Assembly: GCA_018398765.1 (NCBI GenBank)
Contig: JAHBMJ010000193.1
Span: forward strand, 1 to 53,399
Direction of reading: 5' to 3'
Length of the DNA: 53,399 bases
DNA from: Chromera velia
Taxonomy: Eukaryota
Position numbers and translations under genes: made by a program. Below, in pieces: positions 1 to 10,900 of the stretch. The notes under the pieces were generated by a model that was given only the letters and a program-made list of their open reading frames with translations, had not been told where the DNA came from and searched no databases. The stretch's first letter is position 1. The number at the start of each line of letters is the position of its first letter.

Positions 1-1
1 C

Positions 2-496
2 CTCGGGGCTGCCCAGTCCACATCAATCAGAGATGCCAACCGTCACCGTCGACCCACTGAGGCATTTAAAGTGGGGGATTATGTCTTGATCCACCGTTCG
101 TGGTGGGCCACTTCTGCCCGACCTGATGTGCCCGTGTACGCACGAAAGTTGGATGCCCTCTGGTTTGGGCCGTTTGAAGTCACGAAGTTTGATAAATCGA
201 AAGACAACCTAGAAGTTGCTCTGCCCGCAGGGAGTCGAAAGCACCCTGAAGTGCACACCTCCCTGTGCAAACCTTACCATTCCGAAGGACGTCGGGGACA
301 CCCGCCAGTCCGTCAGCCTGCCTGGGCAGAAGAAGAGTACGAAGTCGAAAAAGTCCTTGCCGTCCGAGGCAGGGGACGAGGGAAACAGTTCTTGGTTCAG
401 TGGGTGGGTTACGAAGAAAGTGAAGCCACCTGGGAGCCAGCCTCCAATCTGAGGAACGCGCGACAGAAGGTGAACGAATTCTTAAGCCGGCATTAG
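2..496 (+). CDS. C-terminal end of Ty3/Gypsy (chromovirus) Pol: integrase C-terminal GPY/F region plus chromodomain (5'-partial)
   Basis: Frame is open from base 2: [39 protein letters not shown] (integrase C-terminal/GPF motif), then [35 protein letters not shown] (canonical chromodomain). Confidence 0.93.
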   Translation, partial: LGAAQSTSIRDANRHRRPTEAFKVGDYVLIHRSWWATSARPDVPVYARKLDALWFGPFEVTKFDKSKDNLEVALPAGSRKHPEVHTSLCKPYHSEGRRGHPPVRQPAWAEEEYEVEKVLAVRGRGRGKQFLVQWVGYEESEATWEPASNLRNARQKVNEFLSRH

Positions 497-576
497 TCAG
501 TTAAGTCCCAGAACCAGTTAACCGTAGAAAAGAGACCCGTCAATGACTTTGCAAAGCGCATGGGGGCACACGCTCA

Positions 577-923
577 GGGGAGGGGGGCACGTAGTATTGT
601 GAGGCGAGGCACGGTGCCGGCCAACCCCGGGCTGAGCCGAACTGGCGCGCCCTACTGCCGTTGGGACCCACACGGCTCACAGCACACGTACGCAGGCTCA
701 TGGAGGCGCCGCCATGGCAGTCTGTATTGGAAGAGAAATAATATGCAGACGGGAGTAATTAACGTACGACAAATAGAATTAAATAGAAAAGCATGCATTT
801 GTCCTATCAGACGTTGACTGTAAGAAAGCAACCGCACTGTCAGTTCTTCCGTAAGTAGGATGAGTCAAGTCTCTGAACTAAGCTAGAACTAGCTTAGGAG
901 GTGGGGAACCAAGCTTCCCTACG
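577..923 (+). mobile_element. Polypurine tract (577-587) and probable 3' LTR (~590-923) of the chromovirus
   Basis: GGGGAGGGGGG lies 80 bp after the pol stop. After a 2-nt spacer comes cgtag (590-594), whose inverse ctacg (919-923) sits where the sequence switches to a GA microsatellite. The 5' LTR is outside the window, so the ends cannot be confirmed. Confidence 0.6.
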
Positions 924-1319
924 TTAAGAGAGAGAAAGAAAGAGAGAGAGAGAAAGATTTTGTGCCTTCTATCGTTTTCTGATGTTTCCTGTACTAATTT
1001 CTTTTTTTTTATTCCTCTCCCCCCTGACTTTTTACACTAGCCAATCCATTTGTCTCATTGAATTTCCTCCTCCATCTCTGTTGTGCGGCTCACTTACGCC
1101 GTGAGAGACCTTTGCTGGTTCCCAGTCTGATGAGTCGAACTATGTTACACTTCCTTTTTTTGCCTGTTTCCACCGTTCATCAATTTGTAACTTCGCCACC
1201 TGCACTTGCAGCGCCACCGTCAACCATCGTCTATCTTCTTCACTTTCACAGTGGTGTGTTTTGTGATAGACACATACATACCTATACGTATAAACACACA
1301 CACACATACACACTTAAAG

Positions 1320-1426
1320 AAAGCGAAAGAAAACAAGAAAGAAAGAAAAAAAGAAAGAAAGAAAGAAAGAAACAGAGAAAGAAAGAAAGAAAGAAACAGA
1401 GAAAGAAAGAAAGAAAGAAAAAGAAA
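1320..1426. repeat. (GAAA)n-type microsatellite
   Basis: Directly visible tetranucleotide run. Confidence 0.9.
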
Positions 1427-2678
1427 AGGGATGTATCTTATGAACCATCCTGGTTTATACCTAACGTCTGGCTTGTGTATGCTTGTGTGCGTCGCGGGTG
1501 AGCCTTGTCCCTTGCGGAGTAAGCAGCGTGCCACCCTTGCAGTGCCTGTCAGTTGGCTGTGCTTAGCACTGGACTGACACTCCTCCTGACTGATGGAGTC
1601 CAGCCTACATGAATCTGTCAGCTAAGCCCACTAGTCGATCCTCCACCTTCATAGTTCTTATCAACTTCTTCAATGTGAAACCTCATTTTAATTTTAATAA
1701 ACAATTTTGAGAATTTAAACGACTATAAACCTACAGGACTCCACACCAGTATAGAAAACCAATGATTCATCACTACTAGCTTTATATCTAGCTTTACTAT
1801 ATAGCGCTATATATATAGAAAAGCCTGTGTAGTTAAGAAAAAAAGATGTATACAACATCTAGAAGCAACTTGAATGCTGCTTCAATGAACAGCTTAAATG
1901 TTGGGAAACAAATTCAAACAATACCGGTCCTCACGGAAGGTTCGCGGAGTTCAACTCACCAACCGATCAAGTCTTGTGAAGCAGACTCGGAATACCTTAT
2001 ATTGTTGTGAAAGGTGCAGTTTGACATTGACTTTGAGGAAGGAACAACTCAGCGTGTGTCTGCTAGTGATTTTACCCGTTACAACCGTCGAACAGGAAAG
2101 CTGTAAATGGCTAGTCAAGCAGACACTCACTTTTAAACCAGCATCCTTCCGTTTTCATGTATACAGCAACTTTTATGCTACGACCAGCTCTCTAAGCCTC
2201 CTCCAAAATAAGAGCACCCGTACATGGACTGGCGGAATGGTCGCGTATGGAGATGCAAACCCAAATCCTGTCAATTAAACAATTGCATGCGATTTTTGCG
2301 TACGGATTTTTATTTTGGTCCCCGATGGGGTCCTCGTATGTCCTCAGGCTGGACTTCCATTATCTGTCATTCTTGCATACGCACCTGTAAAAGGAGTTTT
2401 TCAGTCGCTGACCTCTCCGTTGCACTGGCTTGATTTTTGGTCCACGTTTTCTCTCTTCTCCCCCCTCTATTTCGCTTTCCCCCTCAAAGCTCTCCATTCC
2501 CCGTCGCTTTCTCCTGGATTTCTTCTTTTGCTGTTTCTCGATCTGTCCGAAACCAATGCGCACCCTGTTTGTTCCCTGACTCACTCAAGTCCATCTTCAT
2601 ACATGCGCATGCACGCAGACAGTCAGCCAGACAGAAAGACAGAGGAGAAAAAGTGGGGGAAACAGAGAGAGAGAGAGA

Positions 2679-2711
<33 letters not shown>

Positions 2712-3192
2712 TGAAGGCAGGGAGAGCGAGACAGAGGGAATGAGACAGACACACAAATGAATGCAAAGGTATTGATACAACTAGGGATGAAAACAGGCTG
2801 TCTGCCATCAATTGCTTCATTGACGAGAAAAATCACACCCCGCCCTCTTCTTCCGAAGCATGGATGGATGGATGCATCCATGCAAGAGTGGGAAGGGAAT
2901 TTAAGGAGCCGACTCTGCATGATAGGAAGATGGCCCGTTGCCTTTTGATGCTTTTGATGAAATGGGATCAGCAATGTATTGTTTGCTTTTAGAAGACTTG
3001 GTTTCTTTCAATGTCTCTGCTTTTCTATGCCGCTCTATGGCGCTCTCCGCACCTGAATGTGATTCTCTCTCTCCCTCCCTCCCCCCCCCCCCCCCCCNNN
3101 NNNNNNNNNNNNNNNNNNNNNTCTCTCTCCCTCTCTCTCTGTCTGTGTGTGTGTGTGTGTGAGTGTGTGAGTGTGTGTGTGTGTGTGCGTGT

Positions 3193-3223
<31 letters not shown>

Positions 3224-3745
3224 CTCGTTCCGGCATCTTGGAGTCTTCAGCAAAAGCTGAGAGAGGATAGATAATCAAGAAAAAAGACACAGACAGAGGC
3301 ATGTAGAATGGATGTCTTCGTTCAAAACCGAATTAAGGAAAAAGAAATGCAAAACCGACGGATGGATCTTAATTGTCCCTTCGACCATCGCTTCTCTCTC
3401 TCAGTACGTAAGGACTCACCACCATTCGTTTTCTATGAATTCGGTTTTTGCAGCTGAAGGTGCAAATTGAATGAAGGTCATGCAAAATGAATTTTTTCTT
3501 TTCACGCACTAGCTAGTCAGCGCATGAATTCAAAATCTGGACGACACGACAATGTGTAAGGAGGATAGGGCTTTCTTCTTCTTGCCTGTTTTTTCTTTTC
3601 CATCAATTGATTCCTCCATGCAGACACAGCTTTGCATGCTCTTCTCCTCATGCAGTCCCTGCATTGACATGTTCTATCATCCTCCCTTCATTCAGCTCCC
3701 TTCCATATTCTCAAATTGCCCATTTCCCTGAATTTCTCCTCCTTT

Positions 3746-4284
3746 TCACTGAATTCTCATTGGAAACGTTTCACCCGTCTTTCTCGTCCCTTTCTCCACC
3801 TTCGTTCCGGTGTCCCTCTCCTTCTCCTTGTCTGCGCCTCCCCTTTCAGTCGGGGTATCCACAGTCTCGGCAGAGGACTTCCGACTATCTCTGCAGACCT
3901 TCTGGCCCTCGCCATGACCCTCATCCAGACCCTGAGACACCTCCAAAACCAGGGGGGTGAGGGAACTTGAAGGCTTCTTCCCTTCTTCTTCTGTGGACAG
4001 CAGAGGGGGGGCACATTCAGATTCTTTCTTTCGATCGGGACTTGCCAGATTCTCCTTCCGGCCCTGTTCGGAAACAACCTGCCGCAGCGTGTCTGCACCC
4101 CCCCACACGCACGTCTCGGCGTCCTCGTTGGTCTTTCCTGCAACCTCCCGGATGTGATCGGCAGCCCGGGACAAGAAGGCGACCTGCAGAGGGGTACATA
4201 GACAGGCAGGCAGGGAGACAGAATGGCGGGAGGAAAAAGGAGTGTTTGCTCATACTGTCGAAAGTATGCAGGCTTGCATCGTAC

Positions 4285-4320
<36 letters not shown>

Positions 4321-4398
4321 AGGCAGGCAGGCAGGCAGGCAGGCAGACAGACAGACAGACAGACATTCAGACAGACAGACAGACAGACAGACAGAGAG

Positions 4399-4435
<37 letters not shown>

Positions 4436-5911
4436 AAGAAATAACCTCTAGACCTGTCAACGATCTGCGTTTAGACTGTTGCTCTGTCTTCCATGTTTAG
4501 TGCTGTTCCGTGTATATGTGTGTGCATGTATGTATGTATCGATATGTATGTATGTATCTATGTATGTGTGTGTGTGNNNNNNNNNNNNNNNNNNNNNNNN
4601 NNNNNNNNNNNNNNNNNNNNNNNNNNNNNNNNNNNNNNNNNNNNNNNNNNNNNNNNNNNNNNNNNNNNNNNNNNNNNNNNNNNNNNNNNNNNNGGGGGGG
4701 GGGGGGGATTCTCGGCCAACACCATGCAGCTCATTGACGGACCGCACAACAATTAAAGGAAATGTCCACTCACTGACCTGTACAACCGCAGTGACGTCTT
4801 TCATCTTCTCCTCATCTGAGCTCTTTGGATCTCTGTCTCTCCCCTCACGCTTTTCATTGCCCAGAAACACGGCTTCCCCTACAGCCCAACCGAGAATCTC
4901 TGCCCATCCCCTCTTGTCTGTCCACACGCCTCCTTCAACAGCCACAGAAAGCTCCAGAGCAGAATATAGGTGCGGTGGAAGGACCCGGAAGAAAACTTCC
5001 TTCCGAGTCTCCCACAGTTCTCTGGCGGCTTCGGAGAGACACGAAGGGTCGACAGAAATCTCCGGAACATCACTTAGAGACTCGGCCCCCTGCCAAAGAG
5101 TCAGAGGAACAGAGGGACGAAGGTCAGACAGGTTGGCTTCTTCTTTTTCTTTCGAGGGCAAAGACAAGCGCTCCGTGAAGGCAGCACGCACCAGCTGTGC
5201 GAGAAGTGTTGAAATGACTTGTTCGGACATGGGTTTCAGTTTCGGGAGGGACGGTTTGTGGACCTTAGGAGGTAGTTCGGCCTCCGCGATTTTCAACCCA
5301 GCAGCCAGGCAGGAAGAGGACATCAAAATGTCAATACCGTACTTGGACGCGGCCTTAGGCCATGCATCCGCATTGTCGAAAAAGGCATGCACAGCAGCGG
5401 CGGAGAACCCAAAATCACCTCCAATAGGCTGACGGAGGTGTACTCCATACGCTGCGCACACAACAGGGAAGCAGACGAGATTGGTGATTGTGCCGTCAAG
5501 ACGGTGGCGTCTGTATCTGGGAGCAACAAAGTCTGCTCCTTCCATCAGAGCGTGAGCAAAGGTCCCCAGCCAGCCGGCGCAAAGGGTTTCCAAGTCAGTG
5601 TCCAAGGTGATGCACCACTGTGCATCCGAGGACAAGACTTCGTGGAAGATTAGACGGAGCGCGGCTCCTTTGCCCTCTGCAGGGATGGCGGTGGTCAGGA
5701 CCTTCTTGTCTGCTTTTGTGGGAGTCTGCTGGAAGATTGCTCTTGTCTCATCGTCAGAGAGGCAGTCAGCGTTGATGAGAAGACAACGCTTCCCCGCAAA
5801 AAAGCGGGAACAGCCCTCGTCTGCCGCTTTGGTGACTTTCGCAATGGAGTCCACCTCGTTGTACGATGGAAGTCCAATGACAACATCGTACTTGTCGCTG
5901 GGTGTACTCAT
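3746..5911 (-). CDS. GT-A glycosyltransferase, glucosylglycerate synthase (Ggs)/mannosylglycerate synthase-like; 2 exons (5911-4778, 4183-3746), ~523 aa
   Basis: Motifs VVIGLPSYNE, INADCLSDDET, GKGAAL, DTD (DxD), DFVAPRYRRHRLDGTITN, LRQPIGGDFGFS, KYGIDI and KVH match the prokaryotic Ggs-type family as I recall it. A phase-0 intron (CAG|GTCAGT..TGCAG|GTC) joins VVQ to VAFLSRAADHIREVAGKTNEDAE, resembling the family's C-terminal helices. Confidence 0.8.
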
Positions 5912-6222
5912 GGCAATCTGCTCTCTAAATGCCGTCCTCCCTGTGGATAGACCGCAATTGTTACTGGTAGACCGCTGGAGAAGATGAGGAAAGCAAATCC
6001 GTGCGGATGCAGTCGGCTAATGCATGCACGTGTCTCACCGAATTCCGGCAGGGTGGCTGACTTTGGATCTGCTTTACGGGGCCTTCTGGCATCCAACTGG
6101 GGGCACTGTGAATGTCTCAGCCGACGTACCTTATGTATAGCTCCAATGGGTTCCGGATAAAGGCAGTATATCAGGGGAATTATAGGTCAGACAAGGATCG
6201 AAACAAAAAGAATTAAGTCGAT

Positions 6223-6316
6223 CATGCATGCATGCATGCATGCATGCACTTATACATTTTTAATTTGGATTAATGTGGAATGTGTGTTACATGCATGCGT
6301 GCATGCATGCATGCAT
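6223..6316. promoter_or_regulatory. Cluster of (TGCA)n/TGCATGCA motifs in the divergent promoter region between the glycosyltransferase and CLN3
   Basis: catgcatgcatgcatgcatgcatgca and further copies are visible. TGCATGCA is a known ApiAP2 binding motif in apicomplexans. Confidence 0.45.
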
Positions 6317-6344
6317 GTGGCGGCGCGCAGAGCGATGCATTTCT

Positions 6345-6400
6345 TCTTTAGTGTCTCTCTGGTCCTGTGTCGGGCCAGTATGCATCTTGCCTAGGCATAG
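6345..6400. repeat. 56-bp dispersed element, copy 1 (copy 2 at 40802-40857)
   Basis: 55/56 identical by direct comparison: tctttagtgtctctctggtcct(g/t)tgtcgggccagtatgcatcttgcctaggcatag. Confidence 0.9.
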
Positions 6401-7496
6401 ATCTTGTCCATCTGTTACGCGGTCATTCTGCTGCCAGCGCAATGATGGCCTTGCCCCCCCCCTGGACTAAGCCATCGATCCTAGTTTATGCCTTTCATGG
6501 TAAACAAAAATTAATACCTTTCATTCTCCGTGTGTTCGCATGGTTAACTTTATATCTATCTGTAGATGGGCGTAGTGGTCTTCTTTCCCCTTTCCGGCTT
6601 CTTCTTCAGTGATGTCCGTGTCCAAATAAAAAATTTGTTTCTCCTAAATAATGATAAAACCCTCAATCATCACGTTTCTCCTCAACATTCCTTTGTTAAA
6701 CTTTTTTCTTCACATCAATTCCCTCTCTCTCACACGCTTGACGGTTTTCGACTTCTTATTTATGTTTCTTCAATCTGATTTCATAAGGCTCTTCTTCTCT
6801 TTTTTGTCTTTTACACGCCTCACCCATAAAAATAGTCTTTTTCTTTCCTTCATTTCCCCTGCCAGCGCCCTGCTGGCTCTGCCCCTTCCTTCACTCGTTC
6901 TTCTCTTATCTTCTCTGCAAGGCCTACATAGGCGGAAAACTCCCTCCCAAGCAGCATCTCGGTGACCTGTGTGCCGCGTGCGCCGCGGCTTGCCTGAACA
7001 GATGGCAAGATTGTTGACGCTGCTGCTTTCTGAACTGCTACTGACAACGTTTTCCACCATCTGTCTGCAATTTTCTGACGTGCAGACGCATATGCGATGC
7101 GTGCATGGACCCAGGCCTAGGCATGCACTGTGCGCGCGGCGGCGCTGCATGCATGCGGAACTTTGCATGGATCGAGACGCGGCGGCGCGCATATATGGCG
7201 CGCATGCATGCAGTCGATCATGCAGGCCAATATCAGGCCACAATCAGGCCACAGCATGCATGGCCACAGCAGACCGCCACAGTCGTTCGATCAACAGTCG
7301 TACGAGAATGAATGACACTGCATAAGCGTATTTACGTGGACTTGGCGCAGGTCGTATATGTATGGCAGAGTCAGTGTGTGTGCAGAAGTTGATGAACGTC
7401 TGTGAGTGCAGAAGTGATGTTCTTCTCTGATGACCTGTTGTTGAGGCACAGTTCGCGGATACGTGAGGAGACGGCAACACCCAGACCGTCGTGAAG

Positions 7497-9300
7497 ATGA
7501 AGGATGCGGTTCCAGGAGGGCGAGGCCCAGGGATTGTAACAGCAGCAGAAAAGAGACACGATGCCAATGCATTTTGGCTTATGGGCCTTTTAAACAGCAT
7601 CACCTTCTGCCTAATGCTGGGTATTGCGAAAGATATACTGGAGGGATCCGTGGGTCTTGTCTACTTTGCAAGTCTCTTCCCTCTCTCTCTCGTTCGCGTG
7701 TTGCTCCCCTACATCGATCATCTCTGCCCGTACTCCGCTAGAGTCATCCTTTCATCTGTCCTCATGACTCTCAGCTGCCTCATCACAGCTTTCCGCCCTA
7801 GTTTCCTCACGTTTTTCTTCTCTCTTTTCATAAAGGACCGGAGCCTGGCGGAGAGTTTCACCTCCCTTGTCGGTGTCGTTTGTGCCTCCATCCATCAAGG
7901 TGTAGGAGAACCTACCATGCTCGCATACTCAGCGCACTTTGACGGAGAGTCCGTCATCCCTGCCTGGGCAAGCGGTACAGGGTTCTCGGGGTTGATTGGC
8001 TTTGCGGCCATGATCGCCTGCACAGAGGCCGGGTTTGATCACCGCGTGGTGCTTCTGTTTGCACTGATTATTCCAGTCGGTTTCGCCCTCGTTTTCTTTT
8101 GCATTCTTGATCCTTCGCGGCGTCGCAAGGCTTTGAATGATGAAGCTAAGAGGCAACCGGGGGGGGCAGAAGTCTTAGAGGTGAAGGAGAAAGGAACGGA
8201 CCAGTCGTACACTCTTCCCAAAGAAGAAATGACAACGGAAGAGGCAGAGACGGTCTCAGGAGGGGGTCTGCAGAGTCAACGTGCAGGGATTGCAACAACA
8301 GCTGCGACAACTGCACGAAGCGTTGAAAAGACGGAAGTGGAGGGGGGGGGGTTGAAGCCGAATGAAAGGTGCAAGAGTACTGAAGATGGAGAGGGGCCGC
8401 TTTCGTTCAGTCGAAAGGTGGCTCTCTTTTTCAGTCTCTGGCCGTGGATTTTTCCGTATTTCCTCACATTCTTTGCCAAGTATGCCTCGATGGACGGGCC
8501 CTGGGCTGCAATGGGATTTCCCGTGACTGAGGAGAGAGCGAGGAAGGAATTCTACCTCTGGGCTCTCCTGTGCTTCCAAGTAGGAGTGGTGATCGCTCGG
8601 ACGTTCGGGAACTCTCTTCATTGGACTCCTTTCCGTGTCTGGATGATTCCCCTCTGCCAGGTAGGAGGGAGGGAGGGCGTTTTTTTTTTGGTTCGAAGGC
8701 GTTTTTCGAACTATTCAGAGTTCTTTTCGAAGGATGTCTGGATGATTCCCCTCTGTCTCTCTGCCTCGTGAGAGGGATAGAAGGAAGGAGGCGCTCTTTT
8801 TCGTATGCTTTGATTTGATTTGATTGAGGCCAATTGGGGTCTCTGACGCCTGCAATTCTAATTATCGTAGCATCTTTTCATTTTGATCAATTTCGTTCTG
8901 TTTGCAGGTCGGACTGCTGATTGGCTACGTGGCCATTGCAGGAACGCCCCCTGTGATGACTTCCGATGGTGCACTGGGGTGGGTCCTCCTTGTGCCCGCC
9001 TTCCTCACAGGGGTTCTCGGGGGCCTGATCTACATCGGTATCTATTTGCTGGTGAGTGCCAAGCATTGGAGAGAAAGAAGGGAAAAGGAATTTGCACTTG
9101 CCAGCGTGGGTATCGGGGATGCCGCTGGTGTAGTTCTTGCGGTGGCATGCGGTCTCGTTGTGCAGTCGTGCCTCTACTCACTGTATGGAATTGGGGGGGC
9201 TCAGTTCAGCTGCCCCTTTGAGGTGGGACCTGGGGGAAGAAACATGAATTCACTCGCGTTACTCTCGACAGAACGCATTCTTCGCAGCCTGCATACGTGA
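7497..9300 (+). CDS. CLN3: CLN3/battenin (Btn1) family lysosomal/vacuolar membrane protein; exons 7497-8660 and 8908-9300
   Basis: AFWLMGLLNSITFCLMLGIAKDIL, GVVCASIHQGVGEPTMLAYS, AWASGTGFSGLIG, FQVGVVIART, GVLGGLIY and KEFALASVGIGDAAGVVLA match CLN3 family motifs. Multiple TM segments. Phase-0 intron CAG|GTAGGA..TTTGCAG|GTC. Confidence 0.9.
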
Positions 9301-9458
9301 AAAAATCTTTTAATTTACCTCCAATCTCGACGACCTGCTGGACGACCTGTGATAAATTTTGATACAGTAGACCTATAGAACATTAGGTTATCAACAAAAA
9401 GTCATGAATCGTCGGAATCGAAAGATAGACCAGATAGAGGACGTGATATTATTATTAT

Positions 9459-9500
<42 letters not shown>

Positions 9501-10674
9501 TTATGCGAAGCCTTTAAAGCTGCCTTTTTTTGTTTTTGAGTTGAAAAGCGTTCATGATCACACAAAGGAAGCCTAATACGAAACATAATTCAAATATTTC
9601 CTAGAATATTTCAATTCTGAAATATATAGAGAAATTACTATACTTTGTTTCAACCTAGCTAGGAACCTAGGTCTGAACCTTTGACTCTGAAGTGGACCTT
9701 GAATAAATTAATAATGAGAGGCTTGCCAAACCTAATAACTAGCCCAACAACGGTTAAACAATGACGTATTACAACATACCTTCTCATGTATTCTAATTAA
9801 TTCTAATGCATCTCTAGGCCCTGCATTCCATAAATAAAAAAAAAAAAGAAAGTTTCTGATTTTTTTTTAAATTTATTTATCAACTAAAAAGTATATAGTT
9901 TTCAATGCAACACCCCGTGCAACACTTTTGTAACACTTGAGCAACAGTTGTTTGCCTACTAAGTGTTATGATAAATAAATAAAAAAAATTCATTAAAAAA
10001 AAAAGTTTTTCTGATCTTTTCTTTTTTTTTTAATGTAGTGCGGGGCGTAGATGTATCTATAGTAATGTATTCATTCACAGAATCATATTATCACATTAGG
10101 TCAATGTACACTGGAACTATAGTATGTCACAATGAGAGGTAAGTGGATGAGGTGAGTGAAAGAAGTGAGTGAGTGAGTGAGTGAGTGAGTGAATGAATGA
10201 GTGAATGGGGTGAGTCTGATCTTCAACGACTTTGAAGATTTCAAGCTAGTGGCTGCTAGTCACTTTGAAAGTCTAGGATCACTTTAAAGTGTATCTAACA
10301 ATTTCATCATACCTAACTTACTCAAACTATTTTATTATACCTATTGTAACACAATTATTTATGTCATTGGTACTAGTGTATAGGGTATTGTATCACAATT
10401 TTAATTGTGTCATACTATAGTTTGAGTGTAAGGTCTGTCAATGGCTAGGTCAAGTAATGAGACATGCAGACCATATATTACCTTTCTCTAGGCTTTTCTT
10501 CCCTCCTTCTCCTCATGAACACAACCGACAAAAAAGACAGAAACAAAGACAAAGTCACATCACAGCAAGTTGGACATATATATAGTGGGCAGAGGGTCGC
10601 ATTAATTACTTCAAGAAGCATATATATATATATATATATATATGCAAACATGGCCCTAAAGACAGATTTTTGCA

Positions 10675-10867
10675 AAGGTGACGAGTTTTTTGGAAAACGC
10701 TGGTCCCGAGAAACGGATGTTTGCAAAGGTGACGAGTTTTTATACGATCGAGGCAAATTAAGGTGACGAGTTTTTACGCGCGTATATAGTGTCAACAATT
10801 TGACAACAAAGCAAAACAAGCGCTACCCAGCTTTTCCATCCAAGCACTCCGGAAGCAGATATATAAA
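10675..10867 (+). promoter_or_regulatory. Three copies of AAGGTGACGAGTTTTT followed by a TATA-like TATATAAA upstream of the Argonaute gene
   Basis: Copies at 10675-10690, 10726-10741 and 10760-10775; TATATAAA at ~10860-10867. Confidence 0.45.
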
Positions 10868-10900
10868 CCATGACCTGATCTTGGGGGATAAGTCGTGGGC

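Noticed and set aside
1898..3020. Possible coding or TE relic
   Set aside because: Short ORFs with stops in all frames and no motif I can identify.
4457..4777. C-terminal part of the 484-aa glycosyltransferase ORF as listed in the ORF track
   Set aside because: It runs through an intron, an N gap and microsatellite. Splicing to 4183 gives a better family-like C-terminus.
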